Shown: positions 21,286-30,280 of the stretch, one piece after another | How the letters are laid out: every line of letters begins with the position of its first letter | How positions within the stretch are numbered: the stretch's first letter is position 1 | Assembly: GCA_963705105.1 (NCBI GenBank) | Contig: CAVPIW010000005.1 | Location: 588,987 to 652,986, forward strand | Origin: an uncultured Nitrospiraceae bacterium | GTDB taxonomy: Bacteria; Nitrospirota; Thermodesulfovibrionia; Thermodesulfovibrionales; Dissulfurispiraceae | Length of the DNA: 64,000 nucleotides | Reading direction: 5' to 3' | The notes under the pieces: model-generated | What the model was told of the DNA's origin: nothing | The model's database searches: none | What the model saw: the letters and a program-made list of their open reading frames with translations, nothing else | Program-made: the position numbers and the translations under genes

Positions 21286-21348
21286 ATTCAGCCGTCATTC
21301 TTCGGTATGCTCTTGTCTGTATTATGATTCATGTGCAGGCCCCGGTCC

Positions 21349-21364
21349 TGGCATCGAGCTTGCT
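21349..21364 (+). promoter_or_regulatory. Sigma54 -24/-12 promoter
   Basis: TGGCATCGAGCTTGCT = GG-N10-GC, upstream of the 21423 gene. Confidence 0.8.
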
Positions 21365-21422
21365 TTAAGTCATGTGGCCAAAATTGGGGATTGATACAGA
21401 AACGAAAGGAGGTGATTCAAGA

Positions 21423-21935
21423 GTGAAGAAAGGTTTCGCATTGATCGTTGCTATTCTTTTTGCATTCTCAATGACTGCAGTGTCATTCGCAGCCGAGAAG
21501 CCCGCGGCAGCGCCGGCTCCTGCTCCTGCTGAGAAGAAGGCGGCAGCCCCTGCTGAGAAGAAGGCGGCAGCCCCTGCCGAGAAGAAAGCCCCTGCGAAGA
21601 AGCATCAGGTGACCGGTGAAGTTGCAGCAGTCGACGCAGCAGCTAACTCCATCACCATCAAGGGGAAGAAGGGTGACGTCGTTATCTCCGCAGACGCGAA
21701 GATGCTCGCAGACGTGAAGGTTGGTGACAAGGTCGTCGCCAAGTACGAGGAGAAGGACGGAAAGAACGTTGCCAAGAGCGTAAAGAAGTCCGCCGCGAAG
21801 GCAGAGAAGAAGGCCGAGCCGAAGAAGGCCGAGCCTGCAAAGGCTGAGCCGAAGAAGGCCGAGCCCGCAAAGGCTGAGCCGAAGAAGGCCGAGCCCGCAC
21901 CTGCTGCCAAGCCGGCTGAACCTGCCAAGAAATAG
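21423..21935 (+). CDS. Secreted Ala/Lys/Pro-rich repeat protein with central OB-fold-like domain
   Basis: AAAGGAGGTG RBS, GTG start, signal peptide, APAEKKA and AEPKKAEPAK tandem repeats. Confidence 0.85.
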   Translation: MKKGFALIVAILFAFSMTAVSFAAEKPAAAPAPAPAEKKAAAPAEKKAAAPAEKKAPAKKHQVTGEVAAVDAAANSITIKGKKGDVVISADAKMLADVKVGDKVVAKYEEKDGKNVAKSVKKSAAKAEKKAEPKKAEPAKAEPKKAEPAKAEPKKAEPAPAAKPAEPAKK

Positions 21936-21948
21936 TTCTTGCAACAGG

Positions 21949-21991
21949 AAAAAAGGGGACGGCCTCATGACGGGTCGTCCCTCTTTTTTTT
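21949..21991 (+). terminator. Intrinsic terminator
   Basis: A-run, GGGGACGGCC...GGTCGTCCC stem, T-run. Confidence 0.85.
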
Positions 21992-22118
21992 CCCTTATCC
22001 GGAATGCTGTTTTTTTTACGTTTGATGCACAGCAGAATTATGCGAAAACGGGGACGTTGACGGCTCATATGCCCCGTGCCTTTTGATGCAGTAATCCAGC
22101 AAGCAAGGAGGCCGCAGC

Positions 22119-23285
22119 ATGATCACGATTCAGATGGCGGACCGTGTCCGGAACCTGCCGCCCTATCTCTTCGCGTCCATCGATAAGATGAAACAGGACG
22201 CCCTCGCCCAGGGGATGGACCTCATCGATCTGAGCATCGGAGATCCCGACATCCCGACGCCGGACCCTATCGTTGAGGCCATGAAGAGGGCCGTCGACAA
22301 ACCTGAACATCACCGCTATCCCTCCTATGAGGGGATGCTCTCATACAGAGAAGCCGTGAGCGCCTGGTATCGAAGGAGATTTGGCGTGGATCTCGACGCG
22401 AAGACGGAGGTGCTGTCTCTCATCGGGTCGAAGGAAGGCATCGGGCACGTGCCCCTTGCCTTCGTCAATCCCGGTGATGTCGTTCTTGTCCCCTCGCCCG
22501 GATACCCTGTCTATCCCGTTGGAACGCTCTTTGCGGGTGGAGAATCCCACATCATGCCGTTGACGGAAGAGAACGATTTCCTTCCTTCCTTCGACGCAAT
22601 CCCGGCGTCGGTCCTGGGAAGGGCGAAGATGATGTTTTTGAACTATCCCAACAACCCGACGTCTGCCGTCGCCCCCCCATCGTTCTACCGGCAGGCTATA
22701 GAAATAGCGGCCAGGCACAATATCATCATCTGCCATGACGCTGCCTACTCGGAGATGTACTTCGACGAAGAACGGCCCATGAGTTTCCTCGAAATCGAAG
22801 GAGCCAGGGATGTAGGTATAGAATTCCATTCCCTCTCCAAGACCTATAACATGACCGGGTGGAGGATCGGGTTCGCCGTCGGCAACAGGGAGATCCTCGC
22901 AGGACTGGGAAAGATCAAGACCAACCTCGATTCGGGTGTTTTCCAGGCCATCCAGGAAGCGGCCATTGTCGCGATGGAAACCGACGACACCGTTCTTGCC
23001 GCCATCAGGAGGACATACGAAGAGAGGAGGGACGTGCTCTGCTCAGGCCTCGAGCATCTCGGCCTGAAGGTCAGGAGGCCGAAAGCCACTTTTTACTGCT
23101 GGGTGAAGGTCCCGGAGGGGTTCGACTCGTCGTCTTTCGTCGCCCACCTGCTGAAAAATACGGGCGTGCTCGGGACGCCTGGTGTCGGCTTCGGCAGTCC
23201 CGGCGAGGGGTACATCCGGTTTGCCCTGACCCAGCCTGTCGGCCGGATCAGCGAGGCCGTCGGGCGGATCGGGAAGGTCCTGTAA
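22119..23285 (+). CDS. dapL: LL-diaminopimelate aminotransferase (class I/II PLP)
   Basis: LPPYLFA, IGSKEGI, NYPNNPT, HDAAY, SLSKTYNMTGWRIG. Confidence 0.85.
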   Translation: MITIQMADRVRNLPPYLFASIDKMKQDALAQGMDLIDLSIGDPDIPTPDPIVEAMKRAVDKPEHHRYPSYEGMLSYREAVSAWYRRRFGVDLDAKTEVLSLIGSKEGIGHVPLAFVNPGDVVLVPSPGYPVYPVGTLFAGGESHIMPLTEENDFLPSFDAIPASVLGRAKMMFLNYPNNPTSAVAPPSFYRQAIEIAARHNIIICHDAAYSEMYFDEERPMSFLEIEGARDVGIEFHSLSKTYNMTGWRIGFAVGNREILAGLGKIKTNLDSGVFQAIQEAAIVAMETDDTVLAAIRRTYEERRDVLCSGLEHLGLKVRRPKATFYCWVKVPEGFDSSSFVAHLLKNTGVLGTPGVGFGSPGEGYIRFALTQPVGRISEAVGRIGKVL

Positions 23286-23499
23286 ACCTCTTAGTTGCAT
23301 GGAAAGGCGGGACAAATTGCCTCAAAGCCTTGCTGATAGCGAGCATGATCATTTGAAATGGGACATTGAGGATTCCACCCTTTGGTTCATCAACCGTGAG
23401 GCTGAAATGATCCGTATGGGAAGGCAAAGGTTTCGCAGCACCAAGGCTTTTCGGCATCTTCGCCCCGCCTTTCCTGATAACCTATTGCAACGATAAGGT
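23286..23499. mobile_element. 214-bp MITE-like unit of the modular repeat family
   Basis: Imperfect TIR ACCTCTTAGTTGCA / TGCAACGATAAGGT; near-identical copies at 47797 and 49750; no coding capacity. Confidence 0.85.
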
Positions 23500-23512
23500 A
23501 ACCATTCTGTAC

Positions 23513-24007
23513 ATGTCTCGCGTATTCATCGGGATAGGGTCCAACCTCGGCGACAGGAGGGCGAACTGCCGGGCTGCCGTGAGAATGCTGGAAGAGAGAG
23601 GCATCAGGGTGGTGAAAACATCCGCCCTTATCGAAACTGAGCCCTGGGGGGTGAAAGAACAGCCCCCGTTCATCAATATGGCGCTCGAGGCCGAAACGGA
23701 ACTCGATCCGCAGATGCTCCTCGGCGCACTCAAGGATATCGAGCGCGCACTGGGCAGACAGGAGACCCTCCGATGGGGACCCCGGACGGTGGATCTCGAC
23801 ATCCTGTTCTATGACGATCTCGTCATGAACGGCGAAACGCTCCGGATCCCCCATCCCCTTCTCCATGCGAGGGATTTCGTCCTGATCCCTCTCGCCGGGA
23901 TCGCGCCGGACAAGGTCCATCCCATACTCAAGAAAACAATTGCGGAGCTCAGGAGGGAATTAGAACATGACGCATACACTGACGATCAAGAGCAGGGCGA
24001 AAACTGA
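23513..24007 (+). CDS. folK: HPPK (dihydropteridine pyrophosphokinase)
   Basis: IGIGSNLGDR, RWGPRTVDLDIL, IPHP..RDFVL. Confidence 0.96.
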   Translation: MSRVFIGIGSNLGDRRANCRAAVRMLEERGIRVVKTSALIETEPWGVKEQPPFINMALEAETELDPQMLLGALKDIERALGRQETLRWGPRTVDLDILFYDDLVMNGETLRIPHPLLHARDFVLIPLAGIAPDKVHPILKKTIAELRRELEHDAYTDDQEQGEN

Positions 24008-24359
24008 GTTCATCGACATCACCGACGACGTGCAGAGGCTGGTCAGGGAGTCAGGAGTGAACAGCGGTGTCTGTTTCCTCTATGTGCCGCATACGACGGC
24101 GGGGATAACGATCAACGAAGGCGCCGATCCGTCGGTGAAGCGGGACATTCTGGCGACGGTGAACCGTCTCATCCCCTTCGACGGCGACTACCATCACAGG
24201 GAGGGCAACTCGGCTGCCCATATCAAGTCGACCATCGTCGGCGTGTCTCTCTTCCTGCTCATCGAGGACGGCCACCCCATGCTCGGCACGTGGCAGTCCG
24301 TCTATTTCTGCGAATTCGACGGGCCGCGCCACCGGAGGGTGCTCGTCAGGATCACGTAA
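23967..24359 (+). CDS. yjbQ: YjbQ/UPF0047 family protein
   Basis: PHTTAGITINE, EGNSAAHIK, LGTWQ..EFDGPR. Confidence 0.93.
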   Translation: MTHTLTIKSRAKTEFIDITDDVQRLVRESGVNSGVCFLYVPHTTAGITINEGADPSVKRDILATVNRLIPFDGDYHHREGNSAAHIKSTIVGVSLFLLIEDGHPMLGTWQSVYFCEFDGPRHRRVLVRIT

Positions 24360-24362
24360 CTA

Positions 24363-24705
24363 TACAGTGTCAGTGACAGTGTGAGTGTGAGTGAAAGGAT
24401 TACAGAGGCGTCGAGCACCAGGAACTTTTCGGCATCCTGGCGCCGCCCTTCCGGATGTCCTGTTGCAATGCACTTCCGGGAAAGGCGGGGCGTATGCGCC
24501 GAAAACCTTGCTGCGGCGACACCTGTATCAAAACGAGAGATGAACTATACGCCAATGGTCGATGACACAAAGAGTGGAATCCTGAAACACGAGGCTGACG
24601 AGGCGTATAGTCGCCTTCAGCAAGGCTTTGAGGCGCTTCGCCCCGCCTTTTCATGCAACAGAAAGGTTTACAGTGTCAGTGAGAGTGTGAGTGTGAGTGA
24701 AAGGA
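24363..24705. repeat. Modular repeat element bracketed by 37-bp hexamer-rich direct repeats
   Basis: TACAGTGTCAGTGA(C/G)AGTGTGAGTGTGAGTGAAAGGA at 24363-24399 and 24669-24705; core matches 6872-7096. Confidence 0.92.
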
Positions 24706-24804
24706 ATATATTCTCAGGCATAGCGCACCCAAAGGGCACAAAATGAAACAGGGGTAGCGGCAGGAAAGGGAGTCTCTCCCTATGGGTGTATGCGAGCGTG
24801 AGCA

Positions 24805-26526
24805 TTAATAATATTCCAGGGGTATCTTTGCGAGCAGCTCCTCGAATGTCGTCATGCCGGCCTTCACCTTGTTCCATCCGTCCTCGAAGAGAAACACCAC
24901 CCCTTCCCCCTTCGCCGCTTTGAACAGTTCGTCCTCGCCGGCATTCCGCGAAATGAGCCTGCGGAGGTTCGGTGTGATCGGGAGAAACTCATAGACGGCC
25001 AGCCTGCCTGAATAGCCGGTATGAAAGCATTGGGGGCACCCTTTGCCGGCATAGCACGTTGCGATCTCCGGCAACCGGTGTTGCTCGCAAATTAAAGCGA
25101 CCTCGTCGGGCAAGGGGATCTCCTGCTTGCAGTTCATGCAGATTTTTTTAACGAGCCGCTGGGCGAGAAGACCGCTCAGGGCGGAACTGAGGAGATAGGA
25201 GGGGATGCCGATGTTGATAAGTCTGGTGATTGTGGCCACGGTATTGTTCGTGTGAAGGGTGGACATGACGAAATGACCGGTGAGTGCCCCCTTGATGGCG
25301 ATTTCGGCGGTCTTGAAATCGCGGATCTCACCCACCTTGATGACATCGGGGTCCTGGCGCAGCACGGACCGGAGGACCGCAGGGAAGGTGCGGTTGACAG
25401 ACTCATCGACCTGCACCTGTGTCACACCGTCGAGCTTGTATTCGACGGGATCTTCTATGGTGATGATATTTCTCTTCTCGGAACGGATCAGGTTGAGGCA
25501 GGAATAGAGGGTTGTCGTTTTTCCGCTGCCCGTCGGCCCGGTGACGATGAACATCCCCTGGGGGCGGTTCAGCATCTCCAGGAGAGGTTCCTTGATGTAA
25601 TCGGGCATGTGGAGTTCGTCGAGGGAGACGATGCCCGTGCTCTGGTTCAGCAGGCGGATGACGATCTTTTCGCCATATATGGAGGGGAGCGTCGATATTC
25701 TCAGGTCGACGAGATTTCCCTGAAACGACACATGGGTGCCGCCGTCCTGCGAGAGGCGCCTGTTCGTGATGTCGAGGCCCGAAATGATCTTGATTCTCGA
25801 CACGACGGAATCATGGATGTTCTTGTCATATTTGTAAATGTTGCGGAGGTCTCCGTCGACCCTCAGTCTCACCTGAACAAACCGTTCCCGCGGTTCGATA
25901 TGGATGTCGCTCGCCCTCGCCTGGACAGCCTCCGCGATGACCATTGCCACGAGTTTCACGATAGGCGGCGATTTGCTCTTTGAATAGAGCGACTCCAGGT
26001 TGACATCGCCCTCCGCGGACCTGTCCTCGACGAACTGCACTTCCTCGTCGACGGCCATATTCAGGCTGAACAGGTCGGGCGCCTTTGCGCCGCTCGGCTG
26101 TCCGTTCCCGTAATTCCTGTCGATCGCGTCGATGAGGTTCTGCTCATAGGCGATGACGGGAGACACCTTCAGTTTCGTCTTGAACGTTATCTCGTCGATC
26201 ACCTTATAATCGAGGGGATTCGCCATGGCGAGGATGAGAACGTCATTTTTCCTTTCAATGGGGAGCACAATCTCTCTCTTTGCCAGCAGCCTGCCGACAT
26301 AGTCCTTCAGATCATTGGGCACAACGAGATCGGTACAGTTGATGATCGGTATCCTGAGTTTTTTTGACAGGGCCTCGGTGATCTGGTCTCTCGTCACATA
26401 GCCCAGTCCGACAAGGATCCTGCCGATTTTTTGTCTCTTTATCTTTTGAATTTCCAGCGCCTGCTCGATCTGCGCCTCCGTCAGCAGGCCCAATTCCACA
26501 AGTATCTCGCCCAGCTTTTTATTCAT
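24805..26526 (-). CDS. GspE/PilB-family secretion ATPase with MshEN domain
   Basis: KLGEILVELG, ASDIHIEP, GPTGSGKTT, EDPVE, LRQDPD, STLHTN, CxxC zinc pairs. Confidence 0.93.
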   Translation of the reverse strand: MNKKLGEILVELGLLTEAQIEQALEIQKIKRQKIGRILVGLGYVTRDQITEALSKKLRIPIINCTDLVVPNDLKDYVGRLLAKREIVLPIERKNDVLILAMANPLDYKVIDEITFKTKLKVSPVIAYEQNLIDAIDRNYGNGQPSGAKAPDLFSLNMAVDEEVQFVEDRSAEGDVNLESLYSKSKSPPIVKLVAMVIAEAVQARASDIHIEPRERFVQVRLRVDGDLRNIYKYDKNIHDSVVSRIKIISGLDITNRRLSQDGGTHVSFQGNLVDLRISTLPSIYGEKIVIRLLNQSTGIVSLDELHMPDYIKEPLLEMLNRPQGMFIVTGPTGSGKTTTLYSCLNLIRSEKRNIITIEDPVEYKLDGVTQVQVDESVNRTFPAVLRSVLRQDPDVIKVGEIRDFKTAEIAIKGALTGHFVMSTLHTNNTVATITRLINIGIPSYLLSSALSGLLAQRLVKKICMNCKQEIPLPDEVALICEQHRLPEIATCYAGKGCPQCFHTGYSGRLAVYEFLPITPNLRRLISRNAGEDELFKAAKGEGVVFLFEDGWNKVKAGMTTFEELLAKIPLEYY

Positions 26527-26670
26527 CCCTGTTTTCCCCTCGATGGAGACTGGTTTTCAGAAAGTGCTACTTATTATTTCGGGCAAAGGGGGAAAAACTT
26601 TACGCGGAGAGGCACTTACGGAAACCTGCGCCAGGACGGGACCGGTCCGGTCGTCGCCCCCGCGGAGCGG

Positions 26671-26700
26671 TTGCCCTTGCGATGATCCCTTTGTTATAAT
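26671..26700 (+). promoter_or_regulatory. Sigma70 promoter of tRNA-Met
   Basis: TTGCCC-N18-TATAAT with extended TG. Confidence 0.65.
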
Positions 26701-26717
26701 GAAAATCTTCATACGGC

Positions 26718-26791
26718 GGCGGCGTAGCTCAGTTGGTCAGAGCATGCGGCTCATATCCGCAGTGTCCGGGGTTCAAATCCCTGCGCCGCCA
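26718..26791 (+). tRNA. tRNA-Met (CAT), probably elongator; CCA not encoded
   Basis: GGCGGCG/CGCCGCC acceptor, TAGCTCAGTTGG D-arm, TGCGG-CTCATAT-CCGCA anticodon arm, GTTCAAATC T-loop. Confidence 0.96.
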
Positions 26792-26939
26792 CTTTTTCTC
26801 TTCCGCCTTTTCAAATGCAAGGTATATTCAACGGTGGAACAGCTGAAATCGGATCGGATGATGTCATTACCATTTTTCCACGCCCATCAAGTATAATACG
26901 GGACTGTTTTCTTGCACCGAGGTCATCAGGGAACAAGGT

Positions 26940-27782
26940 ATGGTCACTTTCGCACAGAGCCGTGATATTGCTTTTCTCGAGGAACAGGCCCGGCGGGTAC
27001 GGATCGAGATCCTGAAGATGCTCGCCAAGTCCGGCTCCGGACACACGGGCGGGTCCCTCTCTGCGGCGGACATCGTGACGGCCCTGTATTTCTATAAAAT
27101 GAGACACCGCCCCGAGGAGCCTTCCTGGCCCCTGCGGGACCGGTTCATCCTCTCGAAGGGACACGCGGCGCCTCTCCTTTATGCCATGCTCGCCCTGACC
27201 GGGTATTTCGACCCTGCCCTGCTTTCAACCCTGAGAAAAATCGGGAGTCCTCTCCAGGGACATCCTTCGTCGAAGCTGCTTAAGGGCGTCGAGGTCTCGA
27301 CGGGATCTCTCGGGCAGGGCCTTTCCATCGCAAACGGCATCGCTCTCGGACTGAAGATGGACGGGTCGCCGGCCCGCGTCTACTGTCTCACGGGAGACGG
27401 GGAGATCCAGGAGGGCCAGGTCTGGGAAGCCGCCATGTCAGCAAACCATTACCTGCTTGACAACGTCTGCGCTATCGTCGACCTCAACGAGCTCCAGATC
27501 GACGGCAGGTGCTCCGATGTCATGAAAATAGAACCGGTGGCAAAAAAATGGACCGCTTTCGGGTGGCACGTCTTCGAAATCGACGGACATGACATGAAGC
27601 AGATCACCGATGCCCTCGATGCGGCGGAGAGGATCAAAATGAAGCCCTCCGTCATCCTTGCCAGGACGGTCAAAGGCAAAGGAGTTTCGATCTTCGAAGG
27701 GAAGGTCGAATACCACGGCATGGCTCCCACGGCGGAGGAACTCGAAAAGGCACTGCAGGAGCTGGGCGGCAATGGGAAGTAG
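26940..27782 (+). CDS. Transketolase N-terminal subunit
   Basis: GHTGGSLS, DRFILSKGHA, LQGHP, TGSLGQG, GDGEIQEG. Confidence 0.95.
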   Translation: MVTFAQSRDIAFLEEQARRVRIEILKMLAKSGSGHTGGSLSAADIVTALYFYKMRHRPEEPSWPLRDRFILSKGHAAPLLYAMLALTGYFDPALLSTLRKIGSPLQGHPSSKLLKGVEVSTGSLGQGLSIANGIALGLKMDGSPARVYCLTGDGEIQEGQVWEAAMSANHYLLDNVCAIVDLNELQIDGRCSDVMKIEPVAKKWTAFGWHVFEIDGHDMKQITDALDAAERIKMKPSVILARTVKGKGVSIFEGKVEYHGMAPTAEELEKALQELGGNGK

Positions 27783-28749
27783 AGGAGAGCAGACGGAACA
27801 GACCTCCGGCTTCTGCCGGATCGCCGTGGCGACGCGTGATGCCTACGGGACGGCCCTCGTGGAACTCGGCAGGAGGAACGAGCATGTCGTCGTCCTCGAT
27901 GCCGACCTCTCCTGTTCCACAAAGACCGCCAAATTCGCCTGCACCTTCCCCAAGCGGTTCTTCAACATGGGCATCTCGGAACAGGACCTCATCGGCACGG
28001 CCGCCGGACTTTCGCTGGTCGGGAAAATACCCTTCGCGTCCACGTTTGCCGTTTTCGAAACGGGAAGGGCCTGGGACCAGATCCGTCAGACCATCTGCTA
28101 CTCGAACCTGAACGTGAAGCTCGCTGCGACGCACAGCGGCGTCACCGTCGGCGAGGACGGCGCCTCCCATCAGGCCCTGGAGGACATTGCCCTCATGAGG
28201 GTGCTTCCGAATATGACCGTCATCGTGCCGACGGACGGGTTCGAAACGGCACAGGTTATCGATACCGTTGCGGAATACGTCGGTCCTGTCTATGTCAGGC
28301 TCGGCAGATCGAAGACCCCCGGCGTCATGCCCGAGGACTACCGCTTCAGGATCGGAAAGGCCCACACCTTCAGGAAAGGCCGTGACGTGAACATAATCGC
28401 CGCCGGAACGATGGTCGCCCCTGCCCTGGAGGCTGCTGAACTGCTCGTCAGGGAAGGTGTCGACACGGGGGTGACGGCGATGCCGACGATCAAACCTCTC
28501 GATGAAGATGCCGTGCTCGAACTTGCGGAGACATCACGGCTCATCGTGACCGCCGAGGAGCATTCGATCATCGGCGGGCTCGGCAGCGCCGTATCCGAGG
28601 TGGTCTCGGAGAAGCACCCCGTCCTGGTCAGGCGTGTGGGTACCCGCGACACTTTCGGCTGTTCCGGCACCCCCCAGGAGTTGCTCAACCTCTTCGGACT
28701 TACCGCTGCCGGGATCGTCGAAACGGCAAAGCAAGCAGTCAAATGGTAA
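27772..28749 (+). CDS. Transketolase C-terminal subunit
   Basis: TRDAYG, LDADLS, NMGISEQ, GEDGASHQ, EEHSIIGGLG. Confidence 0.95.
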   Translation: MGSRGEQTEQTSGFCRIAVATRDAYGTALVELGRRNEHVVVLDADLSCSTKTAKFACTFPKRFFNMGISEQDLIGTAAGLSLVGKIPFASTFAVFETGRAWDQIRQTICYSNLNVKLAATHSGVTVGEDGASHQALEDIALMRVLPNMTVIVPTDGFETAQVIDTVAEYVGPVYVRLGRSKTPGVMPEDYRFRIGKAHTFRKGRDVNIIAAGTMVAPALEAAELLVREGVDTGVTAMPTIKPLDEDAVLELAETSRLIVTAEEHSIIGGLGSAVSEVVSEKHPVLVRRVGTRDTFGCSGTPQELLNLFGLTAAGIVETAKQAVKW

Positions 28750-29405
28750 CATTCGAAAATGTTACGAAATACTTTGACAAACAGGTCATCTTAAGGAACA
28801 TCACCTTTTCCGTCGAAAAGGGTGAGATGGCCTTCCTGACAGGGCCGACAGGAGCGGGAAAGTCGACGCTCCTCAAGCTGATGTACCGTGCCGAACGTCC
28901 CGACGAGGGAGATATCACCGTCGGCAACTTCCATCTCGCATCGATGAAGATGTCGGAGGTCCCCCGTCTCCGGCGGACCATCGGCGTCGTCTTCCAGGAT
29001 TTCAAGCTTATCGACAATCTCACCATCTTCGACAATGTCGCCCTCGCCCTCAGGATAAGAGGCATGAATGAGGTTGAAATTAAGACGACCGTTTTCGATA
29101 CCCTCAAGCGTGTCTATCTGCGCCATCTCGCAGACGGTTATCCTCCCAGGGTGTCGGGAGGGGAGCAGCAGAGGACCGTCATCGCCCGTGCCATCGTGGC
29201 GAGGCCCCAGTATCTCTTCGCTGACGAACCGACGGGAAACCTCGACCCCAATACCGCACTCGATATCATGAAACTTTTCCAGGAGATCAACATCCAGGGA
29301 ACAACGGTCATCATCGCGACGCACAACCGTGAGCTTTACCGGTATTCCGGGAAGCGGGTCATCAGGCTCGACGGCGGCGCCATCGCAGGCGAGGAGATCG
29401 GCTGA
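28743..29405 (+). CDS. ftsE: Cell division ATP-binding protein FtsE
   Basis: GPTGAGKST, GVVFQDFKL, SGGEQQR, ADEPTGNLD; precedes ftsX. Confidence 0.92.
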   Translation: MVTFENVTKYFDKQVILRNITFSVEKGEMAFLTGPTGAGKSTLLKLMYRAERPDEGDITVGNFHLASMKMSEVPRLRRTIGVVFQDFKLIDNLTIFDNVALALRIRGMNEVEIKTTVFDTLKRVYLRHLADGYPPRVSGGEQQRTVIARAIVARPQYLFADEPTGNLDPNTALDIMKLFQEINIQGTTVIIATHNRELYRYSGKRVIRLDGGAIAGEEIG

Positions 29406-30280
29406 TGGGGGTTCCGTACCCCTTCATATCGGCGGCGAAGAGCCTCTGGAAGGACCGGTGGATCAACCTACTCTCCATCCTTACCGTCGCGACAAGCCTT
29501 CTCATTGTGACGCTCGCCTTTATTTCTCTTTATAACTTCGACCTCTTTGCAAAACAGGTGTCCGCGAAGTTCTCAATGGTCGTCTACCTCAAAGATACGG
29601 TGAGCACTCAGGAGAGGCAGGCCGTCGTTGCAGCTCTCAAGCAGAGGCGGGAAATCGCCATGTTCAAATACATATCGAAGGACGAAGCCCTCAAGGAACT
29701 GAAGACCGCCCTGAAAGACACGGCGGCCATCATCGAAGGGCTCGGAGAAAATCCCCTCCTGCCATCTATAGAGGTGACGCTCAGGCAGGAGTTCGTCGCC
29801 GCCCAAACGGCCCGCGAGCTTGCGGAGATCATCGGGAAGATGCAGGGAGTGGACGCCGTCTCGTACGGCGAGAAGGCTGCCGAGACGATCTCACTCCTGA
29901 AACGTTCCGTCGAGGGCGCAGGCATCATTCTCCTCGTGCTCATCTCGACGGGCATCGTCTTCGTCATTTACAGCGCCGTCAAGATTCTCTTTTATCGGAG
30001 GACCGACGAGATCGAGATTCTGAAGCTCCTCGGGGCGACGTCGGGGTTCATCAGGGGGCCCTTTGTCATCGAGGGCGGGATCATCGGGATCCTTGCGGGG
30101 GTCCTCGGTGCGCTGGGGTCTTTCCTGTTTCACCTCCTCGTGACGGAACGCCTCAGCGCAGCCGCGCCCGTGCTGAAGGCCGTCGTCTTCCCGCAGGAAG
30201 TAATTCTTGCCCTGCCCGTCATTGGTCTTCTGCTCGGCATCATCGGCGCCTTCATCGCTCTCGGCAGACTCAGGCTTTGA
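29405..30280 (+). CDS. ftsX: Cell division permease FtsX
   Basis: YISKDEAL, NPLLPS, EIEILKLLGAT..FIRGPF..EG. Confidence 0.92.
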   Translation: MGVPYPFISAAKSLWKDRWINLLSILTVATSLLIVTLAFISLYNFDLFAKQVSAKFSMVVYLKDTVSTQERQAVVAALKQRREIAMFKYISKDEALKELKTALKDTAAIIEGLGENPLLPSIEVTLRQEFVAAQTARELAEIIGKMQGVDAVSYGEKAAETISLLKRSVEGAGIILLVLISTGIVFVIYSAVKILFYRRTDEIEILKLLGATSGFIRGPFVIEGGIIGILAGVLGALGSFLFHLLVTERLSAAAPVLKAVVFPQEVILALPVIGLLLGIIGAFIALGRLRL

